NCBI GenBank assembly: GCA_905215115.1 | Contig: CAJMOP010000001.1 | Location: 2,797-66,796 of the forward strand | Direction: 5' to 3' | Source: an uncultured bacterium | Lineage (GTDB): Bacteria > Actinomycetota > Coriobacteriia > Coriobacteriales > Coriobacteriaceae | Length of the DNA: 64,000 nt | Part shown: positions 47,021-55,073 of the stretch, piece by piece | Layout: every line of letters starts with the position of its first letter | Numbering within the stretch: the stretch's first letter is position 1 | Made by a program: the position numbers and the translations under genes | The notes under the pieces: model-generated | What the model was told of the DNA's origin: nothing | The model's input: the letters and a program-made list of their open reading frames with translations, nothing else | Databases searched by the model: none

Positions 47021-49243
47021 ATGAAGATCATCAAGCGCAGCGGCACCGAGGTTGTCTTTGACATCGATAAGATCGTCAATGCCATCCGCGCCGCAAACTT
47101 GGAGGTCGAGGAGAGCTCTCGTCTTACCGACCGCCAGGTGGTTTATGCGGCGCAAAACGTCGCCGAGGCATGCGAGAACGCGGGCCACACCGTTTCGGTC
47201 GAGGAGATCCAGGATTTGGTCGAGGACGAGATCATGCGTCTCGACTGCTACGAGGTCGCCCGCCACTACATCATCTATCGCTATGTTCAGAGCCTGAAGC
47301 GCCAGAAGAACACGACCGACGACAAGATTCTGTCGCTGATCGAGTGCAATAACGAAGAGGTCAAGCAGGAGAACTCTAACAAGAACCCGACCGTCAATTC
47401 CGTCCAGCGCGACTATATGGCCGGCGAGATTTCAAAGGATCTGACTCAGCGTGTGCTGCTGCCCCAGGAGATCGTGGATGCCCACAATGAGGGCCTGATC
47501 CACTTCCACGATTCTGACTACTTTGCCCAGCACATGCATAACTGCGACCTGGTGAACCTGGAGGACATGCTCCAGAACGGCACCGTTATCTCGGGCACGC
47601 TGATCGAGAAGCCGCACAGCTTCTCGACTGCCTGCAACATCGCGACGCAGATTATCGCCCAGGTTGCTTCCTCCCAGTACGGCGGCCAGTCTATTTCGCT
47701 GACCCATCTTGCCCCGTTTGTTGAGGTGAGCCGTCAAAAGATTCGCGGCGAGGTTGCCCGCGAGCTCGAGGAGCTCGGTGTTTCGGCATCTGCCGAAAAG
47801 GTCCGTGAGGTCGTTGAGGACCGTCTGCGCGATGAGATCCGTCGCGGCGTCCAGACGATTCAGTATCAGGTCGTGACCCTTATGACCACCAATGGCCAGG
47901 CGCCGTTCGTGACGGTCTTTATGTATCTCAATGAGGCCCGTACGCCCCAGGAGAAGCACGACCTTGCCATGATCGTGGAGGAGACGCTTCGTCAACGCTA
48001 TGAGGGCGTTAAGAACGAAGCCGGTGTGTGGATTACCCCGGCATTCCCCAAGCTTATCTACGTGCTCGAGGACGATAACATTCGCGAGGATTCGCCGTAC
48101 TTCTATCTGACCAAGCTCGCCGCCAAGTGCACCGCCAAGCGCATGGTGCCCGATTACATCTCCGAGAAGAAGATGCGCGAGCTCAAGCTGTCGAAGGGCG
48201 AGACCGCCGGCAACGGCGATTGCTACACCTGCATGGGTTGTCGCAGTTTCCTGACGCCCGACCGCTCGGGCAACGGCTTTAACAATGTTGCCAACGCGCT
48301 GAACTATGACCCGACCAAACCTAAGTACTATGGCCGCTTTAACCAGGGTGTTGTGACCATCAACCTGCCCGATGTCGCGCTGAGCTCGCATCAGGACATG
48401 GACAAGTTCTGGAAGATCTTCGATGAGCGCCTTGAGCTGTGCCATCGTGCCCTGCTGTGCCGTCATGAGCGCCTGATGGGCACGCTTTCGGATGCCGCGC
48501 CGATTCTTTGGCAGTACGGCGCCCTGGCGCGTCTGAAGAAGGGCGAGACGATCGATAAGCTGCTCGTGGGCGGCTATTCCACCATCAGCCTGGGGTATGC
48601 CGGCCTGTATGAGTGCGTCAAGTACATGACGGGCCACAGCCACACCGAGAAGGAGGGCACGCCCTTTGCCATGGCAGTCATGCAGCGCATGAACGACAAG
48701 TGCGCCGAGTGGAAGGCCGAAAGCGATATTGACTTCTCGCTGTACGGTACCCCGCTTGAGTCGACGACCTACAAGTTCGCCAAGTGCCTGCAGCGTCGTT
48801 TTGGCATCATCCCGGGCGTGACGGACAAGGGCTACATCACCAACAGCTACCACGTCCACGTGTCCGAGGAGATCGACGCATTCGACAAGCTCAAGTTCGA
48901 GGGCATGTTCCAGCAGCTTTCGCCGGGCGGTGCCATCTCCTACGTCGAGGTTCCCAACATGCAGGACAACCTCAAGGCTGTCATCCGCGTGATGCAGTAT
49001 ATCTACGACAACATCATGTACGCCGAGCTCAACACCAAGAGCGACTACTGCCAGGTGTGCGGCTACGATGGCGAGATCAAGATTGTCGAGGATGACGGCA
49101 AGCTGGTGTGGGAGTGCCCCAGCTGCGGCAACCGCGACCAGGAGAAGATGAATGTCGCCCGTCGCACGTGCGGCTACATCGGTACCCAGTTCTGGAACCA
49201 GGGTCGAACCGAGGAGATCCGCGACCGCGTGCTGCATCTCTAA
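47021..49243 (+). CDS. nrdD: Anaerobic ribonucleoside-triphosphate reductase
   Basis: N-terminal ATP-cone (MKIIKRSGTEVVFDIDKI), C-terminal Zn ribbon (CQVCGY...CPSCG), and glycyl-radical motif RRTCGYIG. Confidence 0.95.
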   Translation: MKIIKRSGTEVVFDIDKIVNAIRAANLEVEESSRLTDRQVVYAAQNVAEACENAGHTVSVEEIQDLVEDEIMRLDCYEVARHYIIYRYVQSLKRQKNTTDDKILSLIECNNEEVKQENSNKNPTVNSVQRDYMAGEISKDLTQRVLLPQEIVDAHNEGLIHFHDSDYFAQHMHNCDLVNLEDMLQNGTVISGTLIEKPHSFSTACNIATQIIAQVASSQYGGQSISLTHLAPFVEVSRQKIRGEVARELEELGVSASAEKVREVVEDRLRDEIRRGVQTIQYQVVTLMTTNGQAPFVTVFMYLNEARTPQEKHDLAMIVEETLRQRYEGVKNEAGVWITPAFPKLIYVLEDDNIREDSPYFYLTKLAAKCTAKRMVPDYISEKKMRELKLSKGETAGNGDCYTCMGCRSFLTPDRSGNGFNNVANALNYDPTKPKYYGRFNQGVVTINLPDVALSSHQDMDKFWKIFDERLELCHRALLCRHERLMGTLSDAAPILWQYGALARLKKGETIDKLLVGGYSTISLGYAGLYECVKYMTGHSHTEKEGTPFAMAVMQRMNDKCAEWKAESDIDFSLYGTPLESTTYKFAKCLQRRFGIIPGVTDKGYITNSYHVHVSEEIDAFDKLKFEGMFQQLSPGGAISYVEVPNMQDNLKAVIRVMQYIYDNIMYAELNTKSDYCQVCGYDGEIKIVEDDGKLVWECPSCGNRDQEKMNVARRTCGYIGTQFWNQGRTEEIRDRVLHL

Positions 49244-49254
49244 TAACCATCCCA

Positions 49255-49392
49255 GGCCGCCCCGTAGCGAGGCCCCGGACCTTTACTCGCTATTTCGGAC
49301 AGTCCTGGCTCACGACGGAGGCGCCACTGGCGCCTCCTGTTCGTGCGGAACTCATATCGAGCAAAGGTCCGGGGCCTCGCTACGGGGCGGCC
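49255..49392. repeat. Composite nested hairpin element E3 (138 nt), same family and orientation as E1
   Basis: 35-bp outer stem (GGCCGCCCCGTAGCGAGGCCCCGGACCTTTACTCG / CGAGCAAAGGTCCGGGGCCTCGCTACGGGGCGGCC) with one A:C mismatch. The loops contain TTTCGGACAGTCC and CGTGCGGAAC. Inner hairpin is GGAGGCGCC-ACT-GGCGCCTCC. Confidence 0.9.
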
Positions 49393-49570
49393 AAGTTGAT
49401 GTAGCTGAGATGCAGCACGCAGCCTGCTCGCTCCTCGAAGTTCTTAGCGGAAATGAGTTGACTTGCAACAACGCTTTGCTTGCGATGGCGGTTGAGCCGC
49501 AGCCCAGTTTTTATTAGACCTCGAACCCTATACTCGATGTTCGCTTCGTTCATTGAGTTACCCTTTGCAT

Positions 49571-49654
49571 GAGGCCGGGACATATCGTCCCGCCCGCAGT
49601 TTCGCAGGCCGAAGGCCGAGAATGTTTGAGGACGGGATGATATGTCCCGGCCTC
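49571..49654. repeat. Composite nested hairpin element E4 (84 nt), same family and orientation as E2
   Basis: 22-bp outer stem (GAGGCCGGGACATATCGTCCCG / CGGGATGATATGTCCCGGCCTC) with one G:T. Loops are CCCGCAGTTTCGCA and GAGAATGTTTGAGGA. Inner hairpin is GGCC-GAA-GGCC. It ends 15 nt before the nrdG ATG. Confidence 0.8.
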
Positions 49655-49669
49655 CCGGGAGAGTTACCT

Positions 49670-50251
49670 ATGAACTACGCGAACATTAAGTATTTCGACA
49701 TTGCTGATGGAGAAGGCGTCCGCACTTCTCTGTTTGTGAGCGGGTGCCGTCGTGGCTGCAAGAATTGCTTTAACTCCGTCGCGTGGGACTTTGCCGCGGG
49801 CGAGCCGTTTGATCGTGCCGTCGAGGACAAGATTATCGAGAGCCTCGATCATCCCTTTATTGACGGCCTGACGATTCTGGGCGGAGAGCCCATGGAGCCC
49901 GAGAACCAGGCGGGGCTCGTTGAGTTTGTCGAGCGTGTTCGTGCCGCTTATCCTGCGGGGTCAGGAAAGACCATTTGGTGTTTTACCGGCGACGTGCTCG
50001 AGGAGCTTATGCCGGGTGGTCGTCACCATACTGAGGTGACGGACCGTATCCTTGCCTGCCTCGACATGTTGGTGGATGGCCCGTTTGTTCAGGATCTTTA
50101 TGATATCTCGTTGCGCTTTAGGGGCTCGAGTAACCAGCGTGTGATCGATATGAACGCTACGCGCGACCGCGCTGTGCGTGAGGGCGTTGCGCTTTGCGAC
50201 GCTGTGGAGCTTTGGCGGGACGATCCAGTCTATTCGACCCATACTATGTAG
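49670..50251 (+). CDS. nrdG: Anaerobic ribonucleotide reductase activating protein (radical SAM)
   Basis: MNYANIKYFDIADGEGVRTSLFVSGCRRGCKNCFN, containing CxxxCxxC. RBS GGGAGAG. The upstream in-frame starts in the ORF track lie inside hairpin E4. Confidence 0.9.
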   Translation: MNYANIKYFDIADGEGVRTSLFVSGCRRGCKNCFNSVAWDFAAGEPFDRAVEDKIIESLDHPFIDGLTILGGEPMEPENQAGLVEFVERVRAAYPAGSGKTIWCFTGDVLEELMPGGRHHTEVTDRILACLDMLVDGPFVQDLYDISLRFRGSSNQRVIDMNATRDRAVREGVALCDAVELWRDDPVYSTHTM

Positions 50252-50317
50252 CTTGTGGTCGATGCCGGAGGGCGTGGTACCATAGCGCGAACGTGAAATC
50301 GGAAAAGTGAGGCCCAG

Positions 50318-50875
50318 ATGGTCGATCAGGAAAAAGTCGAGGCCGCCATTAAGCTGTTGCTTGAGGGCATAGGCGAGGACCCAACTCGTGAGGGCCTGCT
50401 GGAGACCCCGGCGCGCGTTGCCCGTATGTATGGTGAGATCGCCGGCGGCATGGACCAGAGTGCCGAGGAGCACCTGTCCAAAACCTTTGCCGTCGCTTCG
50501 AACGATTTGGTTATCGAGCGCGACATTACGTTCTACTCGCTGTGCGAACATCATCTGCTGCCGTTTTATGGCAAGGCCGCCATTGGTTATATCCCTAACG
50601 GTCGGGTGGCTGGGCTTTCCAAGCTCGCCCGCACGGTTGAGGTTTATGCCCGCCGTCTTCAGCTGCAGGAGCAACTGTGCACACAGGTTGCCGATGCCCT
50701 CATGGATTATCTCGCTCCCCAGGGAGCGATTGTGTTGATGGAGGCCGAGCATATGTGCATGACGATGCGTGGCGTGCAAAAGCCCGGCACCAAGACCGTG
50801 ACGCTTGCTCGCCGCGGCGTCTTTGAGACCGATCCCGCGCTCGAGGAGCGTTTCTTTAGGATGCTGGGCCGCTAA
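50318..50875 (+). CDS. folE: GTP cyclohydrolase I
   Basis: [28 protein letters not shown] and [10 protein letters not shown] motifs. Confidence 0.95.
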   Translation: MVDQEKVEAAIKLLLEGIGEDPTREGLLETPARVARMYGEIAGGMDQSAEEHLSKTFAVASNDLVIERDITFYSLCEHHLLPFYGKAAIGYIPNGRVAGLSKLARTVEVYARRLQLQEQLCTQVADALMDYLAPQGAIVLMEAEHMCMTMRGVQKPGTKTVTLARRGVFETDPALEERFFRMLGR

Positions 50876-50877
50876 CC

Positions 50878-51459
50878 ATGAGAGTCGTCAACGACTTTAC
50901 ATCGAAGACCGATGAGGGGACGTCGCGTCGCGGCTTTATGGCTTCGGGCCTGGCCCCCTTTGGTGCCATGCCTCGCATTGATTACATTTGTGCCAACGGG
51001 CTGTTCCGGCGGCACCTGGGCAACATCGTACAGTTGGAATCGGGGCGCATCTTCTGCCGCCACGGTATTGACCATCTGCTCGATGTCGCTCGCATTATGT
51101 GGATCAAGAATCTCGAGGAGCAGCTCGAATTTGACCGCGAGGTCATCTACGCCACGGCACTTCTTCACGATATCGGCAAAGATGAACAGTATGAATCGGG
51201 TATATCCCATGATGTTGCAAGCGAACGCGTCGCTGATGCGATTCTCGGCGGCATGCCCGATGATGTGGCGTTTGAGCCGGCCGATGCCGCAGCCATTAAG
51301 ACGGCCATTCTGGGCCATCGAAAGCTGCGCGTGAACAGCCAACCGCTTGAGCGTCTGCTCTATGCGGCCGACAAAGCGTCGCGCGCCTGCTTTGCATGCC
51401 CCGCGCGCAATGCTTGCAACTGGAGCGATGATAAAAAGAACCTGTCGATTCGCGTGTAG
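50878..51459 (+). CDS. HD-domain metal-dependent phosphohydrolase
   Basis: RHGIDHLLDV ... ALLHDIGK (H..HD signature), with a C-terminal Cys cluster CFACPARNAC. Located between folE and folB with a 2-nt gap to folE. Confidence 0.7.
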   Translation: MRVVNDFTSKTDEGTSRRGFMASGLAPFGAMPRIDYICANGLFRRHLGNIVQLESGRIFCRHGIDHLLDVARIMWIKNLEEQLEFDREVIYATALLHDIGKDEQYESGISHDVASERVADAILGGMPDDVAFEPADAAAIKTAILGHRKLRVNSQPLERLLYAADKASRACFACPARNACNWSDDKKNLSIRV

Positions 51460-51502
51460 TTAGTTTGCGCGGTCGGGGTTCTAAACGAAGGAGACGATCG
51501 CG

Positions 51503-51988
51503 ATGAGTAACAAGAAACTGCCCGAGAATGCAACCAAGACTGAAGGCGCCGAGCTCGCCCGCCGTGGAAGGGGCGAAATATCCACCGCAACGGCGGTGCC
51601 CCATGTGAGCTATGACGATTTGCGCCATGCCGATCGTATTGTCATTGACGGCCTTGAGGTTTTTGCCAACCATGGCGTGTATCCCGAGGAGAACGCGCTG
51701 GGTCAGAAGTTCATCGTTTCTCTGGTGCTCTATGCCGACCTGCGCGCGGCGGGGGAGCACGATAACCTGGATGCCTCGATTGACTACGGCTCGGTGTGCC
51801 ACGATGTTGATGGCTATCTGCGCGAGCACACGTTTAAACTCATCGAGGCGGCAGCCGAGGGTGTGGCCCAGATGCTGCTGCGTCGTTACCCCCTGCTGCT
51901 TGGTGTGCGCATAAAGCTCGATAAGCCGTGGGCTCCTGTTGGCCTGCCCCTGGCAAGCTGCGGTGTCGAGATCGAGCGCGTGCGGTAA
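51503..51988 (+). CDS. folB: Dihydroneopterin aldolase (with roughly 40-aa N-terminal extension)
   Basis: DRIVIDGLEVFANHGVYPEENALGQKF and IDYGSVC are typical FolB motifs. RBS GAAGGAGA. Confidence 0.85.
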   Translation: MSNKKLPENATKTEGAELARRGRGEISTATAVPHVSYDDLRHADRIVIDGLEVFANHGVYPEENALGQKFIVSLVLYADLRAAGEHDNLDASIDYGSVCHDVDGYLREHTFKLIEAAAEGVAQMLLRRYPLLLGVRIKLDKPWAPVGLPLASCGVEIERVR

Positions 51989-51994
51989 CCGGTT

Positions 51995-52804
51995 CTAATA
52001 CGTCTCTATGGGTGGCTGCTTGAGCCGCTGCGACAGAGCTCTATTGTTGGGACAGTACGTGTCGAGCAGGGCGTGAAAACGCTGATTGTGGCTTGGCTCG
52101 AGCAAGTGGACGAACTCGTGGGCGACAACCATGTCGAGGCATTCGACGGGGTAGGCGGCGAGCTCGCGCGCGATGCGAATGGCGCCGGATTTGGGCGTGC
52201 ATGATCCCCAGCGCGTTTTCATGCTGCGCACGGAGATGCGGGCCACGGTGACGCCCATTGCGACTTCGTACGCGTGCACGATGTCGCGCAGCGCCGATGT
52301 GACCTCGGACGCGTAGAGCTGGTCGATGTGGGCTTGGAGCTCATCGGACGTTAGGACGTCGAGGATTGCGTGCCGCTTGGCCTGCGGGCCTTCGTCCGAT
52401 TCATCGGTACCCATAAAACTTGCGAAGGTGGCCTGTTTGGGTCGCGGTGCGGGGGATGCAAAGTTGTGATCGAGTGCATCCTGTACCGTGATGGGCTTGC
52501 CCCAAAGTGCAATGATGGACGAGGGGCTGAGCGGCTCTCGTGCCGTCGCCTGACGCTGCTCGCGCTGGGCAAGTCGGCTGATAATCCAGGCGCTGTTGCG
52601 CTTCACAAACGCTTCGATACGCTCGCGGCTGGCGCCGATCGGTGCGCTGGCGTGGACCTCGCCGCTCGATGTGACGCGTAGGTTGAAGTTCTTGACGCGC
52701 TTTTTGGTAACGACGACGGGGATGGTCGTCCCATCCGGTCGGGATGCGGAAATCGTAAACTGCTGCGTCAAAAGCGGTCCTTCAGATCGGGGACGGGCCG
52801 GCAT
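51995..52804 (-). CDS. YgjP-like M48/DUF45 family metal-dependent hydrolase
   Basis: C-terminal HEFVHLLEPSHNQRF (HExxH). Start set at ATG 52804, because the longer ORF-track N-terminus overlaps the upstream dipeptidase gene. Confidence 0.7.
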   Translation of the reverse strand: MPARPRSEGPLLTQQFTISASRPDGTTIPVVVTKKRVKNFNLRVTSSGEVHASAPIGASRERIEAFVKRNSAWIISRLAQREQRQATAREPLSPSSIIALWGKPITVQDALDHNFASPAPRPKQATFASFMGTDESDEGPQAKRHAILDVLTSDELQAHIDQLYASEVTSALRDIVHAYEVAMGVTVARISVRSMKTRWGSCTPKSGAIRIARELAAYPVECLDMVVAHEFVHLLEPSHNQRFHALLDTYCPNNRALSQRLKQPPIETY

Positions 52805-52845
52805 GTCGACCGTTCGGCATGCCGGCCCGCTCAAGGGATGTGAAA

Positions 52846-53859
52846 TTAATAACGCTCGAAGAAGGCAAGCGCGTTGTCGCTGCAGAGCTTTTGCATCACG
52901 GTCTTGCCAAAATGCTTGGAAAGCATGTTCTGGAACTCGGGCATCTTGCTGGCATCGGAGAGGAAAGCGGGCACCGTGGCACCGTCCCAGTCGCCGCCGA
53001 GCGCGATGACGTCCTCGCCGCCCAGGTCGAGCCAGTGCTCGATATGCGCCGCCAGCTGGTCGAAGGTGACGTCTGCGGCGGTCTTGTCGGTTGCGTCGTT
53101 GGAAAGGAACTCGCTGCAGTAGTTGAGGCCGACGATGCCACCCATGTCGCGAATGGCGCGGAACTGGTCGTCGGTAAGGTTGCGTTTGGCGCCGCAAACC
53201 GCACGGGAGTTGGAGTGGCTGGCGACGAAGGGACGCGTGGCGCGGGCGGCGACCTCGTCAAAGCACTCATCGTTGAGGTGGGAGACGTCGAGCACCATGC
53301 CGGCGTGCTCCATCTGCGTAAGCGCCTCGATGCCGGCGGCGGTGAGGCCGGCGTGGGTGTCGTGGCCGCTCGCGAGCGGTCCCTGCGCGTTCCAGCTGAG
53401 TGACGACATAAGCACGCCCAGGCTCTTGAGCACCTCGATCAGCGCGGGGTCCTCGGCAAAGAACGTGGCGTTTTCGATGGTGTGGATGCAGGCGACCTTG
53501 CCGTCCTTGAGCGCGGGGCGAATGTCTGCGGCGCTGCGCACGTTGACCATACGGTCGTGGTTGAGCATCGCCTGGCCGCTCATGTGCGCCATGATTTGCG
53601 CCTGGAAGCGCGCGGCGTGGGCGGTGGGAATCTCGTCGGGGACAAACGTGGCGAAGCACTGTGCCCACGGCGTGTTGCCGATCTTTGCGAGCGAGATGGC
53701 GCAGGCGTTGCCCTCGATGAGGTCGAAATCTTGCGGATGCGTTTCGTCGCCGGGGAAATAACCGTCGGTGCCGGCGGTAAAGCGCAGGTCGAGATCGAGC
53801 GTGGCCCAGCCGATGCGGTCGGCGGTGTCGCAGTGTAGGTCAAATACGGGATATGCCAT
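52846..53859 (-). CDS. Membrane (renal-type, M19) dipeptidase family protein
   Basis: MAYPVFDLHCDT start and later VLDVSHL and ASHSNSRA motifs. RBS GGAGGAAC. Confidence 0.85.
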   Translation of the reverse strand: MAYPVFDLHCDTADRIGWATLDLDLRFTAGTDGYFPGDETHPQDFDLIEGNACAISLAKIGNTPWAQCFATFVPDEIPTAHAARFQAQIMAHMSGQAMLNHDRMVNVRSAADIRPALKDGKVACIHTIENATFFAEDPALIEVLKSLGVLMSSLSWNAQGPLASGHDTHAGLTAAGIEALTQMEHAGMVLDVSHLNDECFDEVAARATRPFVASHSNSRAVCGAKRNLTDDQFRAIRDMGGIVGLNYCSEFLSNDATDKTAADVTFDQLAAHIEHWLDLGGEDVIALGGDWDGATVPAFLSDASKMPEFQNMLSKHFGKTVMQKLCSDNALAFFERY

Positions 53860-53979
53860 GGTTCCTCCGGTTGCAGCGTTTCTTTGCAAACTGTCTTTGA
53901 ATTGTATGACTAGGGTATAGTTAGCGCCATATGTTCACGGCGGCCCGCGTTGTGCGCCGCCCTTATCACGGAGGTTACC

Positions 53980-54408
53980 ATGTCCAACAAGGGCAAGAAG
54001 GTCAAGACCCATTATCGTGGCACGCTCGACGACGGCACGCAGTTCGATAGCTCTTACGATCGCGGCGAGCCGCTGGAGTTCACCTGCGGCGCCGGTCAGA
54101 TGATTAAGGGCTTCGACGCCGCTGTTGTCGACATGCAGGTGGGCGAGAAGAAGACCGTGCACATTCCCGCTGCCGATGCCTACGGCGAGCACAACCCCGA
54201 GATGGTTATTACCTTCCCGGCCGAACAGGTTCCCAACATCGAGCAGATCGAGAAGGGCATGAAGCTCTTCCTGTCCACGCCGAGCGGCATGCCCGTCCCC
54301 GCCGTGGTCATCGACGTGACGCCCGAGGCCGTGACGCTCGACGCCAACCACGAGCTCGCCGGCAAGGATCTCAACTTTGATATCGAGCTCGTCGAGGTCG
54401 AGGGCTAG
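53980..54408 (+). CDS. slyD: FKBP-type peptidyl-prolyl cis-trans isomerase (SlyD-like, with IF insert)
   Basis: VKTHYRGTLDDGTQFDSS, GAGQMIKGFD and HELAGKDLNFDIELVEV motifs. Confidence 0.85.
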   Translation: MSNKGKKVKTHYRGTLDDGTQFDSSYDRGEPLEFTCGAGQMIKGFDAAVVDMQVGEKKTVHIPAADAYGEHNPEMVITFPAEQVPNIEQIEKGMKLFLSTPSGMPVPAVVIDVTPEAVTLDANHELAGKDLNFDIELVEVEG

Positions 54409-54411
54409 AGT

Positions 54412-54990
54412 ATGCCTGAACGCTTGGTTTCGACGACATGCTTGGGAAATCTCAACGATCCGTCCTATGAACTCCTACTTCGCCGGGAGCTGGGCGGTGT
54501 CTTTGAAGTTGACGAGCTACTGCTCGATTGGGACCAGGCTGATGCCTGCGCGTTTGTGGGCGTGACGGAGCTGGGACGCACGATCGATGTTCGGCTGGAT
54601 ACTGCCGACGGCGGTCGTCTTGCCGATGGCGACGTGCTCGCCATTGACCGTTCGGGCATGGTGCCCGTGGCGGTTGTCGTGCGCCTGCGCAGCGCCGAGG
54701 TCTATTTGGTCGAAGTCGACCGCATGGATCCGATTGCACTCGCGCATGCGTGCTGGGAGATCGGCAACATGCATGCGCCGCTCTTCCGGGGCGACTCGGA
54801 CGAGCATACCGTGCGCATGTATACGCCGGTGCAGCCTGTTTTGGGCCGCATGCTTCGGGGTGTCGAGGGAGCTCGAATCTCGATCGTTTCGCGCGAGCTC
54901 GATGCGGGCCGACGCTTTGCGTCGAGCGCGGCCGATGTTGTCGTGAGCATGGCTCCGGACTTTACCATCGTTAAAAAGACGCGCGACTAA
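54412..54990 (+). CDS. UreE-like metallochaperone-domain protein
   Basis: The pattern LADGDVLAID ... VVRLRSAEVYLVEV ... LAHACWEIGNMHAPLF resembles the UreE fold signature (GD.L ... hLGNrH.p). It is 3 nt downstream of slyD. This is a by-eye call only. Confidence 0.45.
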   Translation: MPERLVSTTCLGNLNDPSYELLLRRELGGVFEVDELLLDWDQADACAFVGVTELGRTIDVRLDTADGGRLADGDVLAIDRSGMVPVAVVVRLRSAEVYLVEVDRMDPIALAHACWEIGNMHAPLFRGDSDEHTVRMYTPVQPVLGRMLRGVEGARISIVSRELDAGRRFASSAADVVVSMAPDFTIVKKTRD

Positions 54991-55073
54991 GCGCGCGTAT
55001 GCGCAAGACGGGCTTTGAGGGGTGACCGATCAAGGTCCGTCTTGCTGTTGATAGGAGGCTTTGGGGGAAGCAT

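Noticed and set aside
49553-49669. Upstream in-frame starts for nrdG (TTG 49553, ATG 49622, ATG 49637) given by the ORF track.
   Set aside because: NrdG homologues begin at the MNY..IKY..D..G.G motif, and ATG 49670 has its own GGGAGAG RBS. The extension lies inside hairpin E4 and translates to non-conserved sequence. ATG 49637, preceded by GAGGA, remains a minor possibility.
52805-53197. N-terminal 131 codons of ORF 51995-53197 (-), which would give a 400-aa YgjP-like protein.
   Set aside because: This stretch overlaps the 3' part of the dipeptidase gene on the same strand in another frame, and it is Arg/Pro-rich low-complexity sequence. The homologous domain begins after ATG 52804.
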